Below are positions 19,140-28,751 of a DNA stretch of 64,000 bases, in pieces. This stretch comes from a virus: the IMG/VR virus record IMGVR_UViG_3300027843_000001. The stretch is one strand, 5' to 3'. A program made the position numbers and the translations under genes. Within the stretch, counting starts at the first letter, position 1; each line of letters starts with the position of its first letter. Under the pieces are notes generated by a model that did not search any database, was not told where the DNA came from, and worked only from the letters and a program-made list of their open reading frames with translations.

Positions 19140-22100
19140 ATGCCAAACGATAAACTTACGATAGATCAATTCGCTGAGAAAATAAAAGCAAAATATCCTG
19201 AATATAAAGAAGTAGATAATTCGGAACTTGCTAACAGAATAATTCAAAAATATCCTGAATATAAGGATGCCGTCGATTTACAATCGGCAAAAAAAAAAGT
19301 ATCTACTACCGAATCATTCACCTCTGGGATTCCATTACAAAAAGAGCGCGATATTACTGGCAAAAGCCCGTTAAAAGAGGCCGCCCAAGAACCAGAAAAA
19401 CCTACGAAGTCTTTGGCTACCGTATCCAAATCACAAAAACAAGAGTATGAGCCTTTAGAAAGCAGGATCGCAAGATTCAACCCTTCTAATGTTAACAACG
19501 ATATTTCTGCCCCCGTAACGGTCAACGATTTCCTTAAAAAGCATCAAGCTACTGAGGATGAAATTGATTACAGGGCGGGTAATATGGATAAGGTGTTACA
19601 ACCCGAAGACCAATTGGAATTACTTCGCAAGATTGACTTAAAGCGATCCATAAGAAAGGCAAACGAAGCGCAATTGCACAAACCCGAAGATAGTTACTTT
19701 TGGGGCTTCGTAAAAGGGGTCAATAAGCAATTGACTAGTACACTACGAGACGTTGTAGCCCCTGCCGAGCGCATAGTAAGGAATGCTATTATAACTACGA
19801 AATTTGGAACAGCGAGTGAGGCTATTAAGGAAAGGGCTAAAAAAGAGCCAACTATTTCAGAAAAATTAGCCGATGTTGGGGACGAACATTTGGTTAACAA
19901 TTTAGCCGATGCCCCGGATAATATTATGGGTAGGGTGGCGTCCTCGGTAGGTCAGATGGCAGTAGATGTACCCCTAATGATCGCAACTCCCGAAGTAAAA
20001 CTTAAATATATCGCGGAAGCTACTAACGGATTGGTTAAGAGCATACCGTCCGTTGTATCTTACCTTGCCCTCACCAATGCAGCAAAGACTTACGAAGACG
20101 AAAGTAAAAAGGGTACGCCCGAATTTCAAAAAATACTAAAATCGGCCCAATCCGCCCAGAGCGGAGCAGTAGAGGGCGCGGTTATGCACTCTTTCGGGCT
20201 TGTATCAGGTAAGACAGGCGAATTTGTGAAAGGTATTACCGGCAGCAATGTTGCAGACGTTATGAGCCGCATGGTGACAAACGCAGCGTCAGGGGCAGCG
20301 ATGACAGCCGGAGACCAATTATTACAAGGCAAAGAACTTGAAGGCAAAGAAATAGCGGCCAGTGCTGTTACTTTTGCAGCTATGGGACTTCCCGATGTAG
20401 CAAAGGCTTTTGCCAAGAAGGCGTCAGACAGATACTTCACGTCTTCCATTGACGACATAAAGAAGATAAATGATTTGCCTCAGTCCGTCAGCCAATTGCG
20501 TGAAAAGCAATTAGACATACAGACCAAAGCAGATGCAGAAACAGACCCCGTAAAGAAAGAGCAACTTCAAGTAGCGTCCAATAGCATAGACGCTGTTATA
20601 GATGTTAAGGCCGTAAACAATCAGGTGTTGTCCGATCCCGCGACGGCGATAAATTCCATAAAAGCGGATGAATCACTTACTCCGGAAGAAAAAGACTTCG
20701 GCATACAAAAAATAAATGAAGCCGTTGCCGGTACAGACCCCCGAATCCAAGCGGCGCAACCGATGATGGACGAAATGGAAAGGAACAAGCAGAACATAGA
20801 AGCTACGCAGAATAATACGGCTATGCCCGAAGTAACGAAGCAAGCTTTTATTAACTCCGCCAACAAAAGAAATGAAGAATTAGGTAAGTTAATAGAGAAG
20901 GAATTAAGTAAACCCTTAACTTTGGGGGAACTAAATAAACAATCAAAAATTGAAGACTATGAAGAAGGAAAAGCAGAAAACGGTGGCCCCGGCAGTGAGA
21001 CCGACATCTCGCGTAGGCGGGAAGGATATGAACCGCCCAGTAGAGAACTACGGGAAGAAATCGCAAGTAAAGAAAGCGAAAAAGTAGAACCCCGTGCCGC
21101 TAAAGAAGGGAAAATCGAAGAAGGTCGTGAGCGAGAATATAAAGGAATTCCACAAAGGGAAGACCTACCAATCGACCAAAAAGAAGTTCGGGAAACCGAA
21201 GGCGGACAAGCAGGCCGTGGCGGTAGCCTTGAGCGAGGCGCGGAGATCAAAGAAAAAGAAGTGAAGGAAGCCCCGGAAAAAATAGCCGGGGCTACTTCTG
21301 CAACTCCCAAAGAAGCAAAAAGCATTATCAAATCAACGGGTAAGAAAATATTATCCGATTTTGACGATACCCTGTTCGATACTAAGACGGAGGGATTAAC
21401 AGAGTTAGGAAAAGATGTTAAGAACCGTATAGCTGCGGGTGAAGAAGTCAAGGTATTAACACACAGAGAAGATACGCCCGAAAACAGGAAGCAAATATCC
21501 GATATGCTCGGCATAAAGGATGAAAATATAAAAATGGGGCTTTCCCCTGAGGCCAAAGCGGAGGAAGCTGCCAAAGAACAGGATGCCCTATTCCTCGATG
21601 ACAAATCTAAGAATATAGAGGCCGTTGCCGGCAAGGGCGTCGAAGCGGTTAAAGTAGAAGCTCCGGAAGAAGAAATAAAACCTGAAAAAGCTCCTAGAGA
21701 ATTATCTTTCGCGGAACAATCCTCGATTTCTAAGTCATTTGCCGCCATTGACAGTAAGAGCGAAAAATACAAAGAAAGATTAGCCACAGAAAAACAAAGA
21801 CTTAAAGACACGGTAAAGAGCCTCAAAGATAAATTCAGAGGGCAAAAGAAGGAATTGCGTGGTTCTCTTAAAGAAAAATACGAATCAAAATTAGCCGATC
21901 TTAAATCGCAGTACAAGAACAAAATTGCGTACGAAAAGAAAAAAGCCGAGTTAGACCGTACTTTTATGAAGGAAGAAGCCAAGGTGTCTGTCGAAATAGA
22001 GAAAAGCCGGATAAAGGTCTATAAGCAGCAAATAAATGACTTTTTAGAGGCCAACAAGGAATCCATTCGTAAAATGACAGGTGCAAAAGTGGACAGGCTG

Positions 22101-25100
22101 GCTAAAAAAGTAAATGGCGTATCTACTCAGCGACAATTAGAGAAAGCTCTCGATTGGATAGATAAGGCCGTATCCGATACGGAGTATCTTAAAAGTCTGG
22201 ACGAAATAAAAGGGCACCAAGAAACAATATCCAAATATCTAAAGAAGGGGGAATTTTCCAAAGGGGCTAGTGAATATTACGATATGGCCTCTAAAATAGT
22301 AGGCATAAGTAGTAAAATTATCGACAATATGCCTGCCGATATGCTAAAAGATTTAGCGTCCGTATCATCCGAACTGGCTAGGAAAAAGGTATCCGATGTT
22401 AAGAACTTGACCAAATTTTACAATGAGTACAAGGAATGGGCAGAGGACGTATATGATACACCAGAAGAATTTAAAGTAGCCACGGCAGATAGCCTCGGTA
22501 AGTTATCCAATTTGGTTACAGATTTTATAAAAACCGATACTTCTAAATTCACTTCTATAGAAGATTTCCTATCGCATAAAAGAAAAGCGGGGCTTATTCA
22601 GAAGAGGATAGAAGGGTTGTTGCTTGCAAAGGACTTATCATTCGTTGATGGCAAATTCGTAGGGGCTGACGGGAAGGACAGCTCTTATGAACCGGAGTTA
22701 GCGGAGGCCTATTCTAAATTAACGGATATTCTTAACGATAAGGACGCGCTTAATAAATTCTCTGCCGAAGAACTTAAAGCCGCTGAGGATGGGGTTAAGA
22801 GTAAATTACTTGACGAATCAAAACTTTATTTAGAAGTAAAAGGTAAGCGGTACACGAATATTGACAGAACTGATTTTAACGAGGCGGACAACGAATTAAT
22901 AGATAATCTATATTTGGCCTTCACCGATAAAAATGCTTCTTACTTGACCCTTAATGAAGCAGATTTGCTTAATAAGGTTGCAGAGCAGTTGACATACGGC
23001 AATGCCCCTTCTAAGCTGTCGGAAGTTATAAGGGCGCTCGACAGGGGGGACTATCAGGGCATGATTGAAAATAACTTCATAGGCGATATTCGCAGAATCT
23101 CGGCTTCCGAAGCAAGGGTTAAAAAAACCTTTGAGAATCTTAAACGTGGAGAATTCTATAAGCAATTAACAGGCATAACACAGAAAGGCCGCCAAGGGCA
23201 ACCCGCATACTTATCTGACATAGGCAAAAAATACGGTATAAACAAGACTTTTGGCCGCGTATTAGACTATGCAACGGAGAGGGCTTTTGCACAGTCGGAA
23301 TCAAAAACTAACGACCGTAAGAACGAATTGATGGATAAGTACCTCGCTAACGGTGCTATGCAAAAGCTATTCACTTACAAGTTGCCTTGGGGTAAACTGA
23401 TAGGCAAGGAAAAAATAGAACTCTACGAAAGGGAAGTCCAATTGATTCAAAAAATACTTAATTGGCAGACAAATATACCGGATGTTGCTCTTGAAAAGAT
23501 AGCAAAACGCTTTGATCTATCGTCTCCAAGCGAAGCCCTGCATTGGGGGGAATTGGCATTCGAATCCGATAAGGGGTCTAAAATATTTGCCGACCAAGAT
23601 AAGACTCTGCATTACACGCAGGAGCAGCACGATTGGGACAGGAAGGCTTACGACAATTTGAAAAAACGCAATGGCGGAAAGCCTATTCTGTTTGATAAGA
23701 ACCTATCCGATACGGAACTATTGGGGCAAGCCAAAAAACTCCTCTCAAATAACCAGTATAAGCATTTAACCTCTTTGATGGACGGGTACAAGGCTCAACT
23801 TAAAGAGACTATGGTCAATGCCAGAAATCAGGGTGTAGATTTTACAAGCCTTCGTTTCTATACTCCGGACAGGGTTATAGACAGAACGGTAGATGAGTGG
23901 GATGCCAATAAGGACTTTGTAGATCAGTTGAATGGTGGCTCTTACGTAAAACCCACCAATACTAATGGCCATGTGAATGAAAAAACATGGGACTTTCACT
24001 TTGTACGGTTAAACGCTACCGAGAATTTTAAGAATTACACTTCTCTCAATATGATGAACTACTTTATGAGGGAGCCGGTTAATTCGCTTCTCGGCGCTAT
24101 GGCCGCCACAAAAAATGCAGGCATAAAAAATGGGGATTTAAGCAATAAGGAAATTCAATTAGTATCGGAGTTGTCGCAGGGTTTGAAGCAACGGATGGTG
24201 ATGGCCTACGCCACTAAGCCGAATGTCGATGCCGTTACTAATGTTATGAGATGGGCATCCGAGGTTGGCCGTATCATCCTTATAAATCCTTTCAAAATAA
24301 CGTATGAGCATTTGTCTAATGCCTTAACGGCGGTAGGGCAAGTCAGAAACCCTTTAAAGTTAGCGGAACTGCTAGTCTTAAAAGCGGGGGATAAAGATAT
24401 AAATGCGTTAGCTAAAGAGGAAGGCGCGGTATTTGATACGAGTTTAGCTGCTGAGTATTCAGAAGATTCAAAAATGACCCGTAAGCAATTTGACTTTTTA
24501 AGCTTCTCGGATAGTAGAACGTCTCAAAAAGTATTTCACGATACTTTTGTAGATGCTTTTAAGCACTTCGCAGGATACGATATTGACCCGATTAGATACA
24601 GAGAAGATATGGAGTATAAGCGGGATAACCGGGAATATTTTAATAAGGCCATGGCCGAAGCACGGCACGCTGCTGTTGATATGTTCCCTTCTACCCTAAA
24701 GATCATAAACACCAAAAAACCGCCAACGAGTTTGGCCTTCTGGAATAATTTTATGATGTCATTCAATATGCGGGATGCGCATCGTTTTGTGGACGCTATA
24801 AGGGATATTCCACTAAATACAAATGAAGGCAGCCTAATAGCGGCTAAAAAGCTGGCCTCTTATTCAGCATCAGGGGTGCTGTACGGGATGGGTATGGTCG
24901 TTAATTCTGCTGCTATTGCTTACGCGGGCGGTGCGTTAATGACGGCATGGGATGAAGAGTCTGGCGAGAAAGTAAAGGAACGCGCCAAGAAAAAAGTAAG
25001 CCGTCTTAGCACCATGGATGGCCTCCTGGGAGAAACTTTTGCCGATGTATTGCAAATACCCATGGGTTATAAAGGCAATCTTATAAAGTATTCTGGCAAA

Positions 25101-25946
25101 GCCTTTTTATCTCTTGCCGATAACCTTATAGCCCAAGGTCGCTCTACGGAGCAATTACGCGATGAGATGCCTAACCTTATGGCCTTTAATGATTATATAA
25201 AAGAGCAGTTCTATATAACCCCGATAATGCTAAAGGATAAGCCTACTAAGCTAATCGAGAGTACCCTTGAGCTTGCTGGGCAGCTAAAACCAATAATAGA
25301 AACCATGGCTATCGGGGCTAACGATACTTACGTCATAGGTAAGAAACTTGTAGAAGGAGAGCAACTTAACAGTACCGACTATAACTTATACAGTGCTTTA
25401 CGGCTGGTTAATTGGGCTGTATCGGCTAAATGGATTCACATGGGTTCGGGCTTTGCAGAAAAAGAGCTGAGAACTTTGTCGTATGAGCAGCAGACCAAGA
25501 TGGCCTACGCCGGCAAAGAATGGCAATCAAAACAAAGAGAAATACTTAAAACGGGGGGCTATCAGGATATTATATTCAAGGCCGAAAAAGTTAAAGAGAA
25601 AGCAGAAACTCTCGCTAAGGAAAAAAGCGAAGAAGATGCGCTCAAGTATTTAAGAACAAATAGGCTTGAGGATTATTATTCCTTCGTAAAAAATAATTCC
25701 GAAGAAATCAATACACTTAAAAATGCTTCTAAAGTGCTATCCACCATGTCTCCTAAAGACCCGGATTACAAAGAATACGACAAAGCTTTGAAGCAGGATA
25801 TAGAAGATGCAACTAAGGCATTTAAGGATAAGGAACGGATAAAATTAAGCGAAGAAACTTACGACCTTGAGGCAAAACAAAGTGAAGAAAAAGCTAGGAA
25901 GGAAGAAGCCGTTGATAAATTACGAGGCGAGATTGGGGCTGATTAA
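19140..25946 (+). CDS. Giant (2268 aa) putative ejection / polyvalent protein with embedded HAD-like domain
   Basis: N-terminal KYPEY repeats, long coiled coils; HAD motifs DFDDT, VLTHR and FLDD at about 21345-21660. Confidence 0.7.
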   Translation: MPNDKLTIDQFAEKIKAKYPEYKEVDNSELANRIIQKYPEYKDAVDLQSAKKKVSTTESFTSGIPLQKERDITGKSPLKEAAQEPEKPTKSLATVSKSQKQEYEPLESRIARFNPSNVNNDISAPVTVNDFLKKHQATEDEIDYRAGNMDKVLQPEDQLELLRKIDLKRSIRKANEAQLHKPEDSYFWGFVKGVNKQLTSTLRDVVAPAERIVRNAIITTKFGTASEAIKERAKKEPTISEKLADVGDEHLVNNLADAPDNIMGRVASSVGQMAVDVPLMIATPEVKLKYIAEATNGLVKSIPSVVSYLALTNAAKTYEDESKKGTPEFQKILKSAQSAQSGAVEGAVMHSFGLVSGKTGEFVKGITGSNVADVMSRMVTNAASGAAMTAGDQLLQGKELEGKEIAASAVTFAAMGLPDVAKAFAKKASDRYFTSSIDDIKKINDLPQSVSQLREKQLDIQTKADAETDPVKKEQLQVASNSIDAVIDVKAVNNQVLSDPATAINSIKADESLTPEEKDFGIQKINEAVAGTDPRIQAAQPMMDEMERNKQNIEATQNNTAMPEVTKQAFINSANKRNEELGKLIEKELSKPLTLGELNKQSKIEDYEEGKAENGGPGSETDISRRREGYEPPSRELREEIASKESEKVEPRAAKEGKIEEGREREYKGIPQREDLPIDQKEVRETEGGQAGRGGSLERGAEIKEKEVKEAPEKIAGATSATPKEAKSIIKSTGKKILSDFDDTLFDTKTEGLTELGKDVKNRIAAGEEVKVLTHREDTPENRKQISDMLGIKDENIKMGLSPEAKAEEAAKEQDALFLDDKSKNIEAVAGKGVEAVKVEAPEEEIKPEKAPRELSFAEQSSISKSFAAIDSKSEKYKERLATEKQRLKDTVKSLKDKFRGQKKELRGSLKEKYESKLADLKSQYKNKIAYEKKKAELDRTFMKEEAKVSVEIEKSRIKVYKQQINDFLEANKESIRKMTGAKVDRLAKKVNGVSTQRQLEKALDWIDKAVSDTEYLKSLDEIKGHQETISKYLKKGEFSKGASEYYDMASKIVGISSKIIDNMPADMLKDLASVSSELARKKVSDVKNLTKFYNEYKEWAEDVYDTPEEFKVATADSLGKLSNLVTDFIKTDTSKFTSIEDFLSHKRKAGLIQKRIEGLLLAKDLSFVDGKFVGADGKDSSYEPELAEAYSKLTDILNDKDALNKFSAEELKAAEDGVKSKLLDESKLYLEVKGKRYTNIDRTDFNEADNELIDNLYLAFTDKNASYLTLNEADLLNKVAEQLTYGNAPSKLSEVIRALDRGDYQGMIENNFIGDIRRISASEARVKKTFENLKRGEFYKQLTGITQKGRQGQPAYLSDIGKKYGINKTFGRVLDYATERAFAQSESKTNDRKNELMDKYLANGAMQKLFTYKLPWGKLIGKEKIELYEREVQLIQKILNWQTNIPDVALEKIAKRFDLSSPSEALHWGELAFESDKGSKIFADQDKTLHYTQEQHDWDRKAYDNLKKRNGGKPILFDKNLSDTELLGQAKKLLSNNQYKHLTSLMDGYKAQLKETMVNARNQGVDFTSLRFYTPDRVIDRTVDEWDANKDFVDQLNGGSYVKPTNTNGHVNEKTWDFHFVRLNATENFKNYTSLNMMNYFMREPVNSLLGAMAATKNAGIKNGDLSNKEIQLVSELSQGLKQRMVMAYATKPNVDAVTNVMRWASEVGRIILINPFKITYEHLSNALTAVGQVRNPLKLAELLVLKAGDKDINALAKEEGAVFDTSLAAEYSEDSKMTRKQFDFLSFSDSRTSQKVFHDTFVDAFKHFAGYDIDPIRYREDMEYKRDNREYFNKAMAEARHAAVDMFPSTLKIINTKKPPTSLAFWNNFMMSFNMRDAHRFVDAIRDIPLNTNEGSLIAAKKLASYSASGVLYGMGMVVNSAAIAYAGGALMTAWDEESGEKVKERAKKKVSRLSTMDGLLGETFADVLQIPMGYKGNLIKYSGKAFLSLADNLIAQGRSTEQLRDEMPNLMAFNDYIKEQFYITPIMLKDKPTKLIESTLELAGQLKPIIETMAIGANDTYVIGKKLVEGEQLNSTDYNLYSALRLVNWAVSAKWIHMGSGFAEKELRTLSYEQQTKMAYAGKEWQSKQREILKTGGYQDIIFKAEKVKEKAETLAKEKSEEDALKYLRTNRLEDYYSFVKNNSEEINTLKNASKVLSTMSPKDPDYKEYDKALKQDIEDATKAFKDKERIKLSEETYDLEAKQSEEKARKEEAVDKLRGEIGAD

Positions 25947-25996
25947 AAAATATGAATTTTTTCATTGCCTCTGGGTAACAATCGGGCATAAAAAAA

Positions 25997-26019
25997 GCCG
26001 TTAGTCAATGATTAACGGC
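25997..26019. terminator. Terminator hairpin between convergent genes
   Basis: gccgtta-gtcaatgat-taacggc preceded by an A run. Confidence 0.65.
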
Positions 26020-26039
26020 CCTTGGTCAAAAGTTAAAGG

Positions 26040-26789
26040 CTAAATAATAGTATAAGTACTTATTATTTTTTTTGCTATTAATTTAGCCATTTTTTTTCTA
26101 CCTGTAATAGATGGATGAAGGCCATCATATAGGTCCTGCCCTTGAGATTGCCATATTTCTAAATCTTTAACTATCCCGCTTTCGTTAGTGGCATCTATTA
26201 TAATTATGTTGTATCTATTCGCCATTAATCTTATTGCATCATATAATGACTGCAATGATTTAGGTTCAGTATCAGCTCTTTGTATAGGTAAAATAGCATA
26301 CATTATAGCTTGAGGCCAATAAATTCTTGCTTGCCAATAATTATATCTTAAAGATTCGTATAATAGTGTTTTGTCTAAATCTGTAATTAATGTTTTAGCC
26401 ATAGCTGTATCATAGCTTCCTAGTAAAGTTATTCCATCATTAGTACCTGCCGAAAAAATAATAATATTAACATCCGTCTGAGAAGATGCTTGAGATAATT
26501 GGTATGTAATTTTTTGCCAATTAGTCACTCCATCTCTATCTCTATAAGCTGCCCCAGATTTAGCATAATTAGACCAATTTGTAATCCCTAGATAAGGTAT
26601 TGCATAATTAGGCCAATTATCACGAGGATTTAAAGCTTCTGTTGTTGTTTCGGTTATACTATCGCCGAATATTATTACTTTAGCTTCTGAAAAAGTAGCC
26701 GATTTATGTAGTTCATTTGCCATATTGTTTATTTCCGTAGCTGGCAAATTATCCAAAGAATTGTATGTTTTTAACGGAATGTAACTCAT
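26040..26789 (-). CDS. SGNH/GDSL hydrolase domain protein
   Basis: GDSIT, GTND and DGLHP blocks. Confidence 0.85.
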   Translation of the reverse strand: MSYIPLKTYNSLDNLPATEINNMANELHKSATFSEAKVIIFGDSITETTTEALNPRDNWPNYAIPYLGITNWSNYAKSGAAYRDRDGVTNWQKITYQLSQASSQTDVNIIIFSAGTNDGITLLGSYDTAMAKTLITDLDKTLLYESLRYNYWQARIYWPQAIMYAILPIQRADTEPKSLQSLYDAIRLMANRYNIIIIDATNESGIVKDLEIWQSQGQDLYDGLHPSITGRKKMAKLIAKKIISTYTII

Positions 26790-27637
26790 GATAGCATAAA
26801 GTCTTTAAATTGTGTTAATCCTAGTAATCCTAAAGGTTCAAAAAAAAAATAATTGCAATATTTATTTAATAAATTTTGAACTTTATTTGATATATTCGTA
26901 CTATCTAATGTATTTGATATTAGCAAAAAATATAAATCCATATTACTATAATAAACAAGCCCTCCAGTTGCTCCTAATGTTATTTTAGATAGAGTATTTG
27001 GGGTAATAGTTTGAGAAATTGGGGTATTTGTATTTAATTGAAATCTTGAAGCACCTGAATTATTTAAAATTCTAGTAATTAAAGAATTTGATGAAATTAA
27101 AGGGCTTATTCTTGATGTAAAAGATTGGGCAGAAATATCTGGAGTAGATACTGCTTGGAATAATCTACATGTATTATTTACTTGCCCATCCATAATCGTC
27201 GATCCGTCAGACCAAGCGTTCATTTTTACGCCTATATATTGCGAAGATACTGGCATTATATTACTTGTAGATACCGTATATTTTGTTCCATCAAAAATAG
27301 CCCTTGAAATACCATTGCTTAATAAATATGTTGGTCTCTTAGTTGGTGTAGCTTGAATAAAATTTGTTGAATCGTTTAAACTATAAATGATAGATCCATC
27401 TGATTTCATTCCAAATATTTGAGGAAACACTAATATATTTATATTAGATAGTGTTTTTGAATTATAAATTTTCATTAATTCATATAAAAAGTTAGTAATT
27501 AATGATAAACTTATAGTTGTCGTGCCTTGCGATTGAATAGATTGGTATCTTTGATTAGCTAGCGATCTAGCGGCTACCATAAAAGGGTCTATTCTACCCG
27601 CCCCAATCTCATTCCCAATTTTATTTATTATCGCCAT
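26786..27637 (-). CDS. Hypothetical beta-rich protein (possible lectin-like domain)
   Basis: 283 aa, S/N/T/I-rich, very AT-rich DNA. Confidence 0.55.
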   Translation of the reverse strand: MAIINKIGNEIGAGRIDPFMVAARSLANQRYQSIQSQGTTTISLSLITNFLYELMKIYNSKTLSNINILVFPQIFGMKSDGSIIYSLNDSTNFIQATPTKRPTYLLSNGISRAIFDGTKYTVSTSNIMPVSSQYIGVKMNAWSDGSTIMDGQVNNTCRLFQAVSTPDISAQSFTSRISPLISSNSLITRILNNSGASRFQLNTNTPISQTITPNTLSKITLGATGGLVYYSNMDLYFLLISNTLDSTNISNKVQNLLNKYCNYFFFEPLGLLGLTQFKDFMLS

Positions 27638-27639
27638 TT

Positions 27640-28161
27640 TTACAAGATTAAAAGTAAAATACCAACCCCGGAAGCTAAACCGCCACTAATCCATCCCAAA
27701 ACACGGCCTTTTTCTTTTAGCTTAATATTTTGCTGCGCCAACACCCAATTGACTGAATCTTTTTGTATCAAAGATTTTTTAATCGAATTTATCATTGAAT
27801 CTTTGATGTCATTAGAATTTTGGCAAACGACATAGGCTTTAATAGATGCAATTAAAGACGATTGAAGGTAAACTATTTTTGCGGTATCTGTTTTAATACT
27901 TTCGACAATCGGTTTAATCGTATCGGCGTTATTTAAGGTGGGTTTAAACTTAATAGCCTTTATTAAAGTTTTTTGCTTAATTCTTAAATAAGCGTTCAAT
28001 TTTACTATCGAATCCGATAATGCTTGCTGCTTTTCGGTAAGCCCCGAAGAAATGATAATAGGATTTCGGACGATTAATTTATCCGATTTTAAATGATATC
28101 CAATTGCGAAGCCTATTAAAAAAAATACAAATATTAGTAGGATATACCAGTACCATTTCAT
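27640..28161 (-). CDS. Membrane-anchored coiled-coil lysis accessory protein (spanin-like)
   Basis: N- and C-terminal hydrophobic segments; follows the endolysin. Confidence 0.5.
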   Translation of the reverse strand: MKWYWYILLIFVFFLIGFAIGYHLKSDKLIVRNPIIISSGLTEKQQALSDSIVKLNAYLRIKQKTLIKAIKFKPTLNNADTIKPIVESIKTDTAKIVYLQSSLIASIKAYVVCQNSNDIKDSMINSIKKSLIQKDSVNWVLAQQNIKLKEKGRVLGWISGGLASGVGILLLIL

Positions 28162-28652
28162 GCGAAGTACCCTCTTATTTTAGTGTTCATTTGATTTTTA
28201 AGTGCTGATTCTATCTCGCTTTTAAGTATCTGGCCATTTTTATCCAAGTCGAAAATTGGATTTTGTTTTGCCACTGTCGAATTACCTACTTTATAAGTAT
28301 TTGATTTACCAACGGCTGCCGGCCAAAAAATAGCACAATACAAATCAGTAATCGATTTATATTGACCTTTAAATCTGGATAGATGCTTTTTAACATAATC
28401 GAGCTGGTCAACGTTTGACATAATCTTTAGGGCTTCAACCGTTGTGCCCAAACCCTTAGCCGTGTCTGGCATGAATTGGATAAGCCCTGTTGCTTTAATG
28501 GAATTTTGGATATGACTATTTAAGGTGTGGGCTGTTTCAAACCACATCACGAACATAAGCCATTCCGGTTTTACCCCCAGATAGGCCGATATTTCTGTGA
28601 CTTTAGCAATAAAAGCCTCCTTATTTTCCTTTATCAGTTCGTCAAAAATCAT
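28158..28652 (-). CDS. Endolysin, lysozyme/lytic-transglycosylase-like
   Basis: MWFET and ATGLIQFMP motifs; probable start MIFDEL at 28652. Confidence 0.8.
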   Translation of the reverse strand: MIFDELIKENKEAFIAKVTEISAYLGVKPEWLMFVMWFETAHTLNSHIQNSIKATGLIQFMPDTAKGLGTTVEALKIMSNVDQLDYVKKHLSRFKGQYKSITDLYCAIFWPAAVGKSNTYKVGNSTVAKQNPIFDLDKNGQILKSEIESALKNQMNTKIRGYFA

Positions 28653-28751
28653 GGCTATATTTTTCTGTAAATATACAAAATTATTGTAACAGCCTAAAGC
28701 GAATTGCGCCTCATAAAAAGTTATTGAGTATCTTTGCAAAAAGCACAGACC

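Noticed and set aside
20957-21982. Long antisense ORFs (for example 341 aa here, and 3492-4106)
   Set aside because: These are shadows of strongly supported genes on the opposite strand, with S/F/L-rich composition typical of antisense frames.
25997-26019. GTTA...TAAC hairpin as an attC site
   Set aside because: Only 23 bp, arms are in the opposite order (GTTA before TAAC), and it has an A tract between convergent genes, so a terminator fits better.
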